Origin: Actinomycetes bacterium
GTDB taxonomy: Bacteria > Actinomycetota > Acidimicrobiia > Acidimicrobiales > JAKAOS01
NCBI GenBank assembly: GCA_021791675.1
Contig: JAJYWE010000011.1
Location: forward strand, 1 to 56,807
Reading direction: 5' to 3'
Length of the DNA stretch: 56,807 nt
Shown one piece after another: positions 46,760 through 56,807 of this stretch. The translations under genes and the position numbers were made by a program. The notes beneath the pieces were generated by a model, which did not search any database, was not told the DNA's origin, and was given only the letters and a program-made list of their open reading frames with translations. Numbering within the stretch: position 1 is the first letter of the stretch; every line of letters begins with the position of its first letter.

Positions 46760-46956
46760 ATCGATCCGGAGTCCCCCACGGTGGCACGTTGGCCGCGGCG
46801 GCCGTCCGTTTCGAAGCGGAGGGAATGGGTAGCGTCTGGCTGCGCTCCGCCGCTCCCCGCGGGCGCCACTGCCGGCCGTCGTCAGCCATCGCGACGCCGT
46901 CATCGTGCCGCCGGCATCGTGACGCCGGCCACCGGGATCGGGATGAGGAGGAAGAC

Positions 46957-47469
46957 ATGGCAGACCTGATCATGCTCACCTTCGACGACACCTACGGCGC
47001 CGAGCAGGCGCTGTCGGCCGCCCGTGCGCTCCAGGAGCTGCGTTACGCGTGGATCGACGACGTGGCCGTCGTCGAGAAGCACAAGACCGGCTTCGTGACG
47101 CTGCACACGCCCCACGGCTCCGCGGCGCGAGGGGCGATGTGGGGCGGGCTCATCGGCCTGCTCCTGTTCTGGTGGTTCCCACCGGCCTGGTTCCTCGGGG
47201 GTTGGCTGGGCGGCCTCGGAGGTGGGGCGTTGATCGGCGAGGCCATGAAGCATGCCGGTTTCGACGAGAGCCTCATGCGTGACGTCAAGGCCGAGCTGAC
47301 GCCGGGGACGTCGGCACTGCTGCTCATGGGTGCGACAGGCGACGCCGACCAGATGGCACGGGCCTTCGAGCCCTACCACCCGACGAAGGTGCTGCGCCGG
47401 AGCCTGCCCGACCAGACGGTCGCCAACCTGAGAGAGGCGCTCGGGAACCACGCGGGGCCCGACGACTGA
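46957..47469 (+). CDS. DUF1269 family membrane protein
   Basis: MADLIMLTF, IDDVAVV, GAMWGGLIGLL glycine zipper, LTPGTSALLL, KVLRRSL; GAGGAGG RBS. Confidence 0.85.
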   Translation: MADLIMLTFDDTYGAEQALSAARALQELRYAWIDDVAVVEKHKTGFVTLHTPHGSAARGAMWGGLIGLLLFWWFPPAWFLGGWLGGLGGGALIGEAMKHAGFDESLMRDVKAELTPGTSALLLMGATGDADQMARAFEPYHPTKVLRRSLPDQTVANLREALGNHAGPDD

Positions 47470-47652
47470 TCGTCGAGCGGGTTCGTCGAAGCGACCCCTG
47501 CCGTCCGGCGGGCGCCGTGGGGGTGCCGGCCAGCCCGAGCCCGGGACTGGCATCACCCCCCGACTCGTGCCCATCCCGCTTGACCGCCCCTGGGGGTGGT
47601 GCTAGGACAACACCTGTCACCGGGGGGGTCCGGTGGGATTGGGGGGCGGGCA

Positions 47653-49392
47653 ATGGCGCTCGGTCTTTGGCGGGGCGTTGCTCCTCGCGCGCTGTTCGCG
47701 CTGTCGCTGCTCGGCCTCACGGTGCTCGGCCTGCAGGCCGTGCCCTCGGCGGCCAGCCCGGCAGCCCGATCGACCACGGGTCCGAGCAAGGTCCTCGTGC
47801 CGGGCAAGCTGGGTGAGCTGGACTGCAACGGGCAGAGCCCGATCCAGCAGACGCTCCGGCGCTCGATGCCCTGCACGGACATCCGGGGCTTCGCCGGCAC
47901 GACGAACGCCAACACCTGGGGCGGGCGGTTCTACGACAACAACCTCTACATCGGCCACGACGAGCCCGACCTGCGCTTCCTCTCGAACCGGTCCGGGTCG
48001 GGGGAGAACGTGACCTGGACCGAACGCCTCCCCGTCGACCCGGCCGCCCTCCCCACCGTGAAGACCCCCGGGAGCGACGTGACGCACACCTTCGAGCTCA
48101 CCATCGCACCCTGGTTCTCGATGGCGATCTGCGACCCGAGCTCCTACCCGCTCACTCCCTGCAAGCCCGGTAGCGACACGAACGCACCCAGTGCCACCTC
48201 ACCAGGCGGCGGGAGCGCGTTCATGGAGCTGCAGTTCTACCCGCCCGGTTTCGCGCCCTTCGCCGACAACATCAGCTGCGACAACACCCACTGGTGCGCG
48301 GCCCTCACCATCGACAGCCTCGAGTGCACCAACAACTTCGCCAGCTGCAACCCGAACTGCATCGAGCCCGTGAACTTCGCGTTCCTCCAGCTGAACGGCG
48401 TACCGACCGGCCCGCCGAGCCCGCAGCTCTCCGACCTCAGCAGCTTCACCCCGAACGGCCAGACGCTCCTGATGAACCCGGGTGACGTGCTCCGGGTCCA
48501 CATCGCGGACGCGGTGGTGCCCGGGACGTCGCCACCCCAGCACGCGCTCGAGACGTCGGTGACGGACCTCACGACGGGACAGACCGGCTTCATGCAGGCC
48601 TCGGCGGCCAACGGCTTCGCCGACACCAACTTCACGACCTGCGACGGCACGCCGTTCGACTTCCAGCCCGAGTACTCCACTGCGGTGCCCGGCAACATCG
48701 TGCCCTGGGCGGCCCTGCAGACCGACATCAGCACCGAGTTCGAGATCGGGCACTTCACCCCTTGCTCCTCGGTGAGCAAGCCCCAGACGCTGACCGAGGG
48801 GACCTTCAGCGACACCTTCTACAACCACTGCGCAGGTCCCTACGAGAGCTCCGCTCCCGGGGGCGACGGCAGCCACCAGGTCGAGTACAGTGACGCGCTC
48901 TGCTTCCCGGTGGGGGACACCCACGGGCTCACCGCGCCGCCGAACCTCGTGAGCGGCTGTCTCGACGACTACTACCAGAACGGGGACCTCGACTTCGACG
49001 GCAGCTCCTACTGGCCCGACTGGCCCAACAGCACGACGCCGGACTCCTTCCCCTCGACCTTCCTGCAGGCGCCGCCGCTCAGTGCGGGCAAGCCCTACGC
49101 GGCCTTCCAGATCCAGACCGACATCGCCCTGTCGGAGTCCACCTGCACCTTCGACACTGCGACCGGGACGTGGAGCGGTTGCGCCGTGCCGCCGCCGACC
49201 GCCCCGGCGCAGTTCTACCCCAAGTGGACGCTCACCAAGAACTGTCTCTGGGAGTTCGGGAACATGGCCAACGGCAACGACTTCGGTGCCGACAGCCAGT
49301 ACGGGAGCATCCCGGCGAACCTCGGGTACCCCGAGTTCCTCGGGCCGATCCAGTCCAACACCTGCCCGACGGCGGTCGTCCCGACGTCCTGA
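47653..49392 (+). CDS. Secreted cysteine-rich hypothetical protein
   Basis: Signal peptide, 18 Cys, Thr/Ser/Pro/Asn-rich composition, strong GC3 codon bias. Confidence 0.85.
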   Translation: MALGLWRGVAPRALFALSLLGLTVLGLQAVPSAASPAARSTTGPSKVLVPGKLGELDCNGQSPIQQTLRRSMPCTDIRGFAGTTNANTWGGRFYDNNLYIGHDEPDLRFLSNRSGSGENVTWTERLPVDPAALPTVKTPGSDVTHTFELTIAPWFSMAICDPSSYPLTPCKPGSDTNAPSATSPGGGSAFMELQFYPPGFAPFADNISCDNTHWCAALTIDSLECTNNFASCNPNCIEPVNFAFLQLNGVPTGPPSPQLSDLSSFTPNGQTLLMNPGDVLRVHIADAVVPGTSPPQHALETSVTDLTTGQTGFMQASAANGFADTNFTTCDGTPFDFQPEYSTAVPGNIVPWAALQTDISTEFEIGHFTPCSSVSKPQTLTEGTFSDTFYNHCAGPYESSAPGGDGSHQVEYSDALCFPVGDTHGLTAPPNLVSGCLDDYYQNGDLDFDGSSYWPDWPNSTTPDSFPSTFLQAPPLSAGKPYAAFQIQTDIALSESTCTFDTATGTWSGCAVPPPTAPAQFYPKWTLTKNCLWEFGNMANGNDFGADSQYGSIPANLGYPEFLGPIQSNTCPTAVVPTS

Positions 49393-49455
49393 CGGATCCT
49401 GACAGCGTGGCCGCCGCTCGCCGGCGGGGCGGGACGTGCGGCGTCGAGCCCCGCT

Positions 49456-51975
49456 TCAGTCCCCCGGGCCGAGGACGGCCAGCTCGCCCTGGCGGGCCGA
49501 CCCGACAGCGTAGAGATCGGCCTCGGAGTTGACCGTGGCCGACGGCTGCGAGAGCGGGGGGGCGAGAGAAGCCGTCCCACGGATGTCGACCGCCGAGGCG
49601 GCGCCTACCTCCCAGGTGGCGAGGCCTGCGTTCACGTCGTCGGTCTGGAAGAACAGCCGCTTGCCGTCCGGCGCCCAGGCGAAGGGCTGCGCAGGTACGG
49701 GAGCGATCGTCGCCCCCGGGACGACCTGGACGCGCCCCGTCGCGAGGTCCACGATGCCGAGCGTCCAGACCGGGGTGCCGTTCCACGCGTGCGCCGAGCC
49801 CTGCAGCGCGATCGCGAGGAGCTTCCCGTTCGGAGACACGGCGCCGAAGTCCGTCGTGAGCTGCGTGCCGGGGAGCAGCCCGGTGGTGCTCCCTGGCTGC
49901 CCAGACGCCGTGCCGGCCACCGGTGCAGATGCCGTGCCGGGCGACGGCGCGGACGCCGCCCCGCCGGCCACGGGAGACGTGTCCACCGGCGCCAGGGGGA
50001 GGGCCCTGGTTGCCCCGGTCGCAGCGTTCGTCTCCTCGAGCCGGAACGACGTCGGCGACTGCGTGCAGCCGAGCGAGTTCTCCCAGAAGAACGTCGTCGC
50101 CGAGGCAGCGAGGGGGAGCCCGCAGTAGGTCTCCGTGACCTGTCCCTGGTACACGCCGGTCTGGTCCGACGCCGAGATGAGGGCCACGCGGCCGCTGGCC
50201 GGGTCGAAGCGTGCCAGCTGACCGGAGAAGTCGGCTGCGCCTGCGAGCACGTCGTTCCAGACCAGGAGCTCCGGCCCCGCAGCCAGTCCGGTGAACGTCG
50301 CGGCGAGGTGCTGATCGGGGACGGGTGCCGCAGGGAGCACGGCTCGCCCGCCCGCGCCGAGTGCCTCTGCCCGGTTCGTGCCGACCACCCAAACCGAGCC
50401 GGGTCGTGGCCCGGGGGCGATGCCGACCGGTTGTCCGAGCATCCCCCCGATCTTCTCGGTGGGGATCTCGGTCTCCGAGGCCGGGAAGGAGGTGACGGCC
50501 GTCACGCCCCCGAGCGCGGCGGGCCGGCCCGCTCGCGCCGCGCGGGCGAGGCGGGCGACCGTCGCTGCGGAGGGTGCCGGCACGCCCAGCACCTCGAGCC
50601 CGCCGTCACTAGCCGGTACCCCGAGCGCCAGCCAGCGGCCGAGGCGGAGCACCTCGGCCACGGCGGCCGCTCCGGGTTCGGAGCTCCCGAGCGAGACGGA
50701 GGAGCCGGTTGCACCGACCGCAGGCGACTGGGCGGTGCTCGTCGGAGCGGTGCTCGTCGTCACGCCCGCCTCGCTGCTCGCCGCCGTCGTGGCGGGGCTC
50801 GGGGCGGTGACGGCGGCGATGACCGGGAGGGTCGCCGACCGGGCGGCCGTTCCGGCGAGGGGCACGAACGCCAGACCCCCGCTCCCGCTCCCGCTCCCAC
50901 CCCCGGCGACCACGGGGATGTCGGCGCTCGGCGTGTCGAGGGGCCGTGCGAGCAGGGCGAGGGCGCGGTCGGCGGCCGTCAGGGTGACGTCACTCCGGGC
51001 GACGGGTCCGAGGGCTTCGAGCGCGAGACGCATCCCCGCGCCGCCAGCCGTCCCGCTCCCTGCACCCGTGCCGCCCGTGCCGTCGCTGGTGCCGGTCGCA
51101 GCCGGGCCGATCGTGCTCGTGTCGAGCACGTCGAGCGCAGCCGTCGGGATGCCCCACGCGGATGCCACCGCGTCGGCCAGGGTCGTGGTCGTCGCACCGA
51201 GGCGGACCGTCGGCCCCGTCTGGGGCGCCGGCGGGTCGGGGACCGTCGTGTTGGGCGGGGGCCCGAGGGTCGGACCGAGGGTGGGGGAGCCGACCGGTCC
51301 GTAGGGGGGGGAGGCGAAGGCCTCCGGGTGGGCCCGGGCGAAGCTGGCCACCGCCCGCAGGTTCTTCGCCCAGGCGGCAAGGTAGGCCGCCGCATCGGCG
51401 CGGAGCCGGTCGAGGCGGGTGTCGTCCACGACGGTCGCCGCCTCCGCCTGTGTCGCGAGCGAGACCAGCCGCTCGGCCTCTTGGTCGTCCAGCTCGGCCA
51501 CGGTCGCGTCGAGGAGGGGGCCGTCCGTTGCCGTGCCCTCGGCCGCCATGGTGTGCTGGATCGCCTGGGCGTTGGCATCCAGCTGGTTGGCGGCGGCGAG
51601 CGAGGCGGCGATCCGGTCCGCGGCGCGATGGTCGACGGCGTGGCGGAGGCCGAGCCCCACCCCGACGACCACGGCGAGCACGGCGGCGACGAGACCGGCG
51701 CGCCGGGAGAGCCTCGTGAGGTCGAGCGCGCTCAGGCGGTCGAGGAAGTCCGGCGGCGGTGGCGTGGCGAGCTCGTCCTCGCGCTCGGCGTCCGCCGGCG
51801 CGGGGGCGGCAGCTCCGGGCTGCCAGAGCACGTCGGCCGGGCCGCTCGGAGCGGGGTCGTGGTGCCGATGGTGCGAAGCGGGAAGGCGGGCGGCGGCTCG
51901 CTCGTCGGCGTCCCCCTCGACCGCGACCTCGAGCTCGCCGTCGTCGGCGACCTCCCCGCGCCCCCCGGCTCCCAC
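49456..51975 (-). CDS. Large single-pass membrane hypothetical protein with probable C-terminal beta-propeller
   Basis: Acidic N-terminus, TM AGLVAAVLAVVVGVGLGL, helical region, Pro/Thr linkers, TolB/WD40-like VSPNGKLLAI and WAPDGKRLFF. Confidence 0.72.
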   Translation of the reverse strand: MGAGGRGEVADDGELEVAVEGDADERAAARLPASHHRHHDPAPSGPADVLWQPGAAAPAPADAEREDELATPPPPDFLDRLSALDLTRLSRRAGLVAAVLAVVVGVGLGLRHAVDHRAADRIAASLAAANQLDANAQAIQHTMAAEGTATDGPLLDATVAELDDQEAERLVSLATQAEAATVVDDTRLDRLRADAAAYLAAWAKNLRAVASFARAHPEAFASPPYGPVGSPTLGPTLGPPPNTTVPDPPAPQTGPTVRLGATTTTLADAVASAWGIPTAALDVLDTSTIGPAATGTSDGTGGTGAGSGTAGGAGMRLALEALGPVARSDVTLTAADRALALLARPLDTPSADIPVVAGGGSGSGSGGLAFVPLAGTAARSATLPVIAAVTAPSPATTAASSEAGVTTSTAPTSTAQSPAVGATGSSVSLGSSEPGAAAVAEVLRLGRWLALGVPASDGGLEVLGVPAPSAATVARLARAARAGRPAALGGVTAVTSFPASETEIPTEKIGGMLGQPVGIAPGPRPGSVWVVGTNRAEALGAGGRAVLPAAPVPDQHLAATFTGLAAGPELLVWNDVLAGAADFSGQLARFDPASGRVALISASDQTGVYQGQVTETYCGLPLAASATTFFWENSLGCTQSPTSFRLEETNAATGATRALPLAPVDTSPVAGGAASAPSPGTASAPVAGTASGQPGSTTGLLPGTQLTTDFGAVSPNGKLLAIALQGSAHAWNGTPVWTLGIVDLATGRVQVVPGATIAPVPAQPFAWAPDGKRLFFQTDDVNAGLATWEVGAASAVDIRGTASLAPPLSQPSATVNSEADLYAVGSARQGELAVLGPGD

Positions 51976-52123
51976 GACGGGAGGCTACCGCCAGCAGGGA
52001 CTGCTGTCCGAGCACGATGGCTGCGTCGGGGGAGGCCGGGTGGCGTCGGGGCAGCGGCCCCCCGACCTCCCGCACGAACCGGTTCTCGGCGAGGTGGAGG
52101 CGTGCCGACCGGCCCTGCCTCGC

Positions 52124-52648
52124 CTACTCGGGGAAGAGCTCCTCCACCAGGTACTGGACCTTCGGCAGCATCACGCGGTCGTTCCCGAAGACCCGCTGGG
52201 TGTGATCGAGCACCTGCCGTGCGGAGCGCAGCCCGCAGGCTGCCGCCAGGATCTCGATGTCGTCAGCATCCCTGTCGACACGGGCCGCGGCCACCTTCAG
52301 GGCGAGGAGGTAACCGGCTGACGCGACGCTGACCCGCAGGCCCGGTACCTCGACGAGCTCCCGTGGGGATGGATCGGGTCCTGGCAGGAGCCCCTTGACC
52401 GAGTCGTTGAGCCAACCCGGCGGGAGCCCGTGCCGTTCGCCGACCGTTGCCGCGGTGTCGTAGAGGGTGGTCTTGGGCTCGAAGACCGCGTCGACGTCGC
52501 GCGTCGAGCGGCGGGAGTTGTATGCCAGTGCCATCGCGGCGCCACCGACCACGAACATCTCTCCGCGGATCCCGCGTCGGTCGAGGTCCTTGCCCAGCTC
52601 TTCGAGCAGGAGGAGGATCGTCTCGCGATCGAGCGCCGCGTCACTCAC
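52124..52648 (-). CDS. DUF6036/AbiEii-like nucleotidyltransferase (putative toxin)
   Basis: VVGGAAMAL...RSTRDVD (GG + DxD), WLND, LLALK..A.R..D..DI; GTGA overlap with the upstream ORF. Confidence 0.82.
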   Translation of the reverse strand: MSDAALDRETILLLLEELGKDLDRRGIRGEMFVVGGAAMALAYNSRRSTRDVDAVFEPKTTLYDTAATVGERHGLPPGWLNDSVKGLLPGPDPSPRELVEVPGLRVSVASAGYLLALKVAAARVDRDADDIEILAAACGLRSARQVLDHTQRVFGNDRVMLPKVQYLVEELFPE

Positions 52649-52998
52649 ACGCATCGCAGCGAGTCCGCCTCGATGAAGACGCCGCGGATGGCGAACTCGC
52701 CGGGCGCATGCACGAGCGCGTTCGCGAACAGGACAGCCGGGCCCGGATGCCAGAAGGTCTCGCTCATTCGAGTGCGCTCGAGGGTCCACTCGGGCGTGGG
52801 CAGGGATCGATCGCGAGCGACCTGCGCCGCAGCAGCGGCGACCAACGCGTTGACGTGACGCCGACTTTCGAGGGCGGGCTCCACCGAGAGATCGAGCGCT
52901 TCATCCCCAGCCGCCCGGTCCATCCAGTCCCCGACCAAACGGACGACGTCAGCGTCGTCCGCGCCAGCGAGAGCGGCAGCGAGCTCGGTCGCGTCCAC
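52645..52998 (-). CDS. Putative partner/antitoxin of the nucleotidyltransferase
   Basis: EP...NALVAAAA...PEWT...FW...APGEFAIRGVFI pattern; translationally coupled to the NTase. Confidence 0.65.
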   Translation of the reverse strand: MDATELAAALAGADDADVVRLVGDWMDRAAGDEALDLSVEPALESRRHVNALVAAAAAQVARDRSLPTPEWTLERTRMSETFWHPGPAVLFANALVHAPGEFAIRGVFIEADSLRCV

Positions 52999-53179
52999 GA
53001 GCCAAGCGTATCGGATCGGTCACACGTGCAAGCGGGGCTCTGCGGCGGGGTCGCCTCGGGGGAGTGTCGAGGCGACGCGCTGGCCCTGGGACGAGTGGCG
53101 ACATCCAACCGGGCGAGCCGGCGTCTCGTGTGACGAGGGGAGCTTGCGCCCGACGGGTAGGTATAGAAGACTTCCGAAC

Positions 53180-54514
53180 GTGGGTGTCCAGCCCGGCCTG
53201 CTCCGCAACGTGAACCGGGGTGCGGTGCTCGCCGTCCTCCGCGCTGGGCCCAGGTCGCGGGCCGCGCTCGCTCGGGAGACCGGCCTCGCAAAGCCGACCG
53301 TCTCCGCGATCGCCGAGGAGCTCCTCGCCGAGGGACTCGTCCGGGTTGGCGGGGTCGGCACCGCGCAGGCCGCAGGTGGGCGGCGTCCCGAGCTGCTCGA
53401 GCTCGACCCGGGCGCGCTCTCCTACCTCGGGGTGCACTTCGGTGTCCGCCACGTCCAGGTCGCCCTGGCCGACGCCACCGGGGCGATCCGGGCCTCGCGG
53501 AACGGCCCGGCGACCCCGCGCAACCCCGAGCGGGCGCTTCGGCTCGCGAGCAGCCTCGCCGGGCACGTCCTCGAGGAGGCGGGCTCGTCGTGGTCGAGGG
53601 TTGCCGCAGCAGCGGTTGCGGTGCCGGGCACCGTCGAGCGCTCGACAGGCCGGTGCCGGCTGGCCCCGAACCTCGGCTGGCGGGACGTGGCGATCGCGGA
53701 GCCGCTCTCGGCGCGCTGGGGGTGTCGGGTCGTGGCCTGCAACATCGCCCAGGCGGGCGCGCTCGCCGAGGCTGCCGAGGGCGTGGCCCGGGACGTGGCC
53801 TCCTTCGTCTGGCTCTACGTCGGGACCGGCGTCGGTGCGGCGATCGTCGAGCGCGGGAGGCTGGTGGAGGGGCGGGACGGTTTCGCGGGCGAGATCGGGC
53901 ACATGCCGATCAGGGCCGGCGGGCGCCGGTGCGGTTGCGGGAGGCGGGGCTGCCTCGAGACGGTCTCCTCCGGACCGGCGATCGCCCGTACGGCGGCTCG
54001 AGCCGGGCTCGGCGCCCGACCGAGCGCGGTGCGCAGTCCTGCTGCGGCCGGCCGCCTCGAGACGGACGGCCCCGGCGAGCCGTTCGGCGCGGCTGGTCGG
54101 CTCGGCACGGAGAGCCCGGTCCGCGCGGCCGGTCGGCTCGGCACGGAGAGCCCGGTCCCCGCGGCTGGTGCGTCCGATGCGGAGTGGGTTGCCGAACGAG
54201 CGGCGAGCGGGGACGCCCTGGCCGAGGCGGCGATCCGGACGGCGGCAGAGGCGCTCGGGCGGGGGGTTGCCACCCTCGTCGACCTCCTCAACCCCGAGCT
54301 CGTGGTGGTGGGGGGCGGTGTCGCGGGCGCCGGCGAGGTGCTGCTCCGCCCGCTCCGTGCCTCGCTCGCCGACCACGGCCTTCCCGACAGCCTCGCGCCG
54401 GTCGTCGCCTCCGACCTCGGAGCCCTCGCCGAGCTCCGTGGGGCGATTCGCCTCGCGATGGACGCAGCGTCCACGACGATGGTGGTGGAGCGGGCCGCCA
54501 CCGCCCGGGGCTGA
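53180..54514 (+). CDS. ROK family transcriptional regulator (XylR-like)
   Basis: [54 protein letters not shown]; directly upstream of xylA. Confidence 0.92.
   Translation: MGVQPGLLRNVNRGAVLAVLRAGPRSRAALARETGLAKPTVSAIAEELLAEGLVRVGGVGTAQAAGGRRPELLELDPGALSYLGVHFGVRHVQVALADATGAIRASRNGPATPRNPERALRLASSLAGHVLEEAGSSWSRVAAAAVAVPGTVERSTGRCRLAPNLGWRDVAIAEPLSARWGCRVVACNIAQAGALAEAAEGVARDVASFVWLYVGTGVGAAIVERGRLVEGRDGFAGEIGHMPIRAGGRRCGCGRRGCLETVSSGPAIARTAARAGLGARPSAVRSPAAAGRLETDGPGEPFGAAGRLGTESPVRAAGRLGTESPVPAAGASDAEWVAERAASGDALAEAAIRTAAEALGRGVATLVDLLNPELVVVGGGVAGAGEVLLRPLRASLADHGLPDSLAPVVASDLGALAELRGAIRLAMDAASTTMVVERAATARG
54089..54169 (+). repeat. In-frame 36-bp tandem repeat ([12 protein letters not shown]) inside the ROK gene
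   Basis: Units at 54089-54124 and 54125-54160 plus a partial third. Confidence 0.88.
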
Positions 54515-54650
54515 GCCGTGGGGGCCACGGGGCGATCAGGGCTCAGCCGGGTCGCGGCGGTCGCGAGCAGATGACACCCCGCCGAACCCCACGAACGACA
54601 CCACGACGAGCAGCACGAACGACACCCCGACGAACAGGAGGCACCACGCC

Positions 54651-55844
54651 ATGGCCGACACCTTCGAGCCCCGTCCCGAGCACCACTTCACCTTCGGGCT
54701 CTGGACCGTCGGGAACCCCGGCATCGATCCCTTCGGGGTGGCGGTGCGCGAGCCGCTGGACCCGGTGGAAACCGTCCACCGCCTCGCGGACCTCGGCGCC
54801 TACGGCGTCAGCTTCCACGACGACGACCTCGTGCCGGCGGGCTCGTCCCCGACCGAGCGCGAGGCGATCGTGAAGCGCTTCCGCGCCGCCCTCGACGCGA
54901 CCGGGATGAAGGTCCCGATGGCCACGACGAACCTCTTCCGCCACCCCGTGTTCAAGGAGGGTGCCTTCACCGCGAACGACCCCGCCGTCCGGCGCTACGC
55001 GCTCGCGAAGACCCTCGACGCGATCGACCTCGGCGTCGAGCTCGGGGCCGAGGTCTACGTCATGTGGGGTGGGCGCGAGGGCGTCGAGGTGGACGCCGCC
55101 AAGGACCCACGGGCTGCGCTGGACCGCTACGCGGAGGCGGTGAACGCCTGTTGTGCGTATGTACGCGAGCGTGGCTACCGGCTCCGCTTCGCACTGGAGC
55201 CCAAGCCGAACGAGCCTCGAGGTGACATCTTCCTCCCCACCGTCGGGCACGCGCTCGGCTTCATCGAGCGCCTCGAGTGGCCCGACATGGTGGGCGTCAA
55301 CCCCGAGTTCGCCCACGAGACGATGTCCGGGCTCAGCTTCCACCTCGGCGTCGCACAGGCGCTCTGGGCCGGCAAGCTGTTCCACATCGACCTGAACGCG
55401 CAGCGTCCCGGCAAGTTCGACCAGGACTTCCGCTTCGGCTCGGAGGGCATCCGGGACGCCTTCTACCTCGTCAAGCTGCTGGAGGAGTCGGGCTACACCG
55501 GGATGCGACACTTCGACGCCCACCCCTATCGGACCGAGGACGCGAGCGGCGTCTGGGACTTCGCGCGGGGCTGCATGCGGACCTATCTGATCCTCGCCGA
55601 CAAGGCCCGGCGCTTCGCCGCCGATCCCGAGATCGCGGAGGCGCTCGCTGCGGCCAGCGCGGCCGGGATCCACGAGGAGACCGTCCCCGGCGGGGCGACC
55701 TCGGGAGCAGCGGTGAGCGCGCTGCGCGACCGCGTGCGCGCAGAGGCGGCGGATCCTGCGTGGCTGCACGCGCTCGCGACCCGTGGCTACGGCATGGAGC
55801 GGCTCGACCAGCTCGTGAACGAGCTGCTGCTCGGGGTGCGGTAG
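54651..55844 (+). CDS. xylA: Xylose isomerase (class I, actinobacterial type)
   Basis: [49 protein letters not shown]; AGGAGG RBS. Confidence 0.96.
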   Translation: MADTFEPRPEHHFTFGLWTVGNPGIDPFGVAVREPLDPVETVHRLADLGAYGVSFHDDDLVPAGSSPTEREAIVKRFRAALDATGMKVPMATTNLFRHPVFKEGAFTANDPAVRRYALAKTLDAIDLGVELGAEVYVMWGGREGVEVDAAKDPRAALDRYAEAVNACCAYVRERGYRLRFALEPKPNEPRGDIFLPTVGHALGFIERLEWPDMVGVNPEFAHETMSGLSFHLGVAQALWAGKLFHIDLNAQRPGKFDQDFRFGSEGIRDAFYLVKLLEESGYTGMRHFDAHPYRTEDASGVWDFARGCMRTYLILADKARRFAADPEIAEALAAASAAGIHEETVPGGATSGAAVSALRDRVRAEAADPAWLHALATRGYGMERLDQLVNELLLGVR

Positions 55845-55947
55845 GGGCGCGGCAGAGGCGCGTGCGCGGGCCCGCGCCCCGGCTGGGCCGGGCCGTGGAG
55901 CCGCAGCCCAGCCCCGCCTGGCCGGAGGGCAGCGCGGTGGTCCACGG

Positions 55948-56325
55948 TCAGATCGCGACGAGGCGGAGCGTCGGGTCGAGGCGGTGCAGGTCGCTCGGAT
56001 CGGACGTCACGACGACCTGGCGCGTACGGCGCGCGCAGACCACGACGTGGGCGTCGACGACGTCCGTGGTGGAACTGGCGGCGAGCAGCCGGCCGACGGA
56101 GACGGCGTCCGCCCGTCCGAGGGCCACGAGATCGGTCGTCACCTGGTGGGCGAGCCGGAGCAGGGAGACCTGGCGCTCTGGCCGGCGCACGACCTGGGCG
56201 AGGACGGTGGCCGGGATGGTGACGCGCCCCCCGGTCTGCCTCGCTCGCTCCAGGAGGACCAGGACGCGGCGGTCCTGACGTTCGAGGCCGATGAGCGCTC
56301 CTGCGTCGAGGGTGATGCCACGCAT
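55948..56325 (-). CDS. vapC: PIN-domain VapC-like toxin
   Basis: ITLDAGAL, IPATVLAQV, DVVDAHVV, VTSDPSDL. Confidence 0.85.
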   Translation of the reverse strand: MRGITLDAGALIGLERQDRRVLVLLERARQTGGRVTIPATVLAQVVRRPERQVSLLRLAHQVTTDLVALGRADAVSVGRLLAASSTTDVVDAHVVVCARRTRQVVVTSDPSDLHRLDPTLRLVAI

Positions 56326-56603
56326 CAAGCTGCAGGCACGCTTCCTCGCGGCACGCCCCCTCGGGGCACGCTCCCGCCGAGGACGGCGTCCGCCCACCGC
56401 CGCTCCTCGTCCGTCAGATCACCGCCGGTTGCAGCGAGGCCCACAGCGAGCACCGCGTCCCATCCCGCCAGGTCGTCCAGGGCCGTGCCCACGGCCTGTT
56501 GCACGAAGCCCGAGACGGAGGGCGCCGCGCCGGCCTCGACGAGGGCACGGACGCGCGCGAGGTCGGACTCGTCGATCGTCACGGTCACCTTCCGGGTCGC
56601 CAT
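56325..56603 (-). CDS. Ribbon-helix-helix antitoxin (VapB-like)
   Basis: MATRKVTVTI...SVSGFVQQAV...LTDEERRWADAVL; TGATG coupling to vapC; TATGGT 7 nt before the ATG suggests a leaderless transcript. Confidence 0.82.
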   Translation of the reverse strand: MATRKVTVTIDESDLARVRALVEAGAAPSVSGFVQQAVGTALDDLAGWDAVLAVGLAATGGDLTDEERRWADAVLGGSVPRGGVPRGSVPAA

Positions 56604-56807
56604 ACCAACGACCATACTCCGGGGCGTCCCAGCGGGCCCGACACGTGCGGCCGGCACCCTCTCGGCGTTGCGCCGCGTTTCGCGCCAACTCCACCGAGCG
56701 CGACGCCACCTGCGGCGGTCTCGACGACCTCGTTCTCTCCCTCCCGACGCCCCGAAACGTCGACGCGGACGGCGAGCTCGGCGCGACGGACCGAGGCGCC
56801 ACCGAGC

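Noticed and set aside
1-56807. tRNA, rRNA, integrase or prophage genes
   Set aside because: None recognised by inspection; the only mobile element supported is the IS607.

Overview
Very GC-rich actinobacterial DNA; the GYW..S.GGV..F.AP.YGS surface repeats and orphan peptide-binding lipoproteins suggest Acidimicrobiia (inference). It is mostly accessory catabolism: (i) 2-17 kb, an IclR-associated cluster with class III aminotransferase, tautomerase, SDR, a DUF6282-like metallo-hydrolase, a three-subunit molybdenum hydroxylase, C-N hydrolase, Zn-ADH, NCS1 permease and an OppA-like lipoprotein, substrate unknown; (ii) 20-34 kb, an atu-like acyclic-terpene/branched acyl-CoA cluster with TetR and a palindromic operator; (iii) an argE-gntR-hydrolase-oppA operon; (iv) ClC, K-channel, ctaA, xylR-xylA, two toxin-antitoxin-type pairs, several decayed gene remnants and short tandem repeats. 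The standout is a 2,421-bp IS607-family element (37982-40402) inserted at a GG dinucleotide inside the oppA-like gene, whose two halves rejoin in frame (MYRP|LYWFG, 650 aa). It encodes a serine-recombinase TnpA and a long, zinc-finger-less TnpB with His at the apparent third RuvC acidic position. Its 3' end holds a hairpin-rich, pseudoknotted omega-RNA-like region whose predicted guide is oppA sequence.
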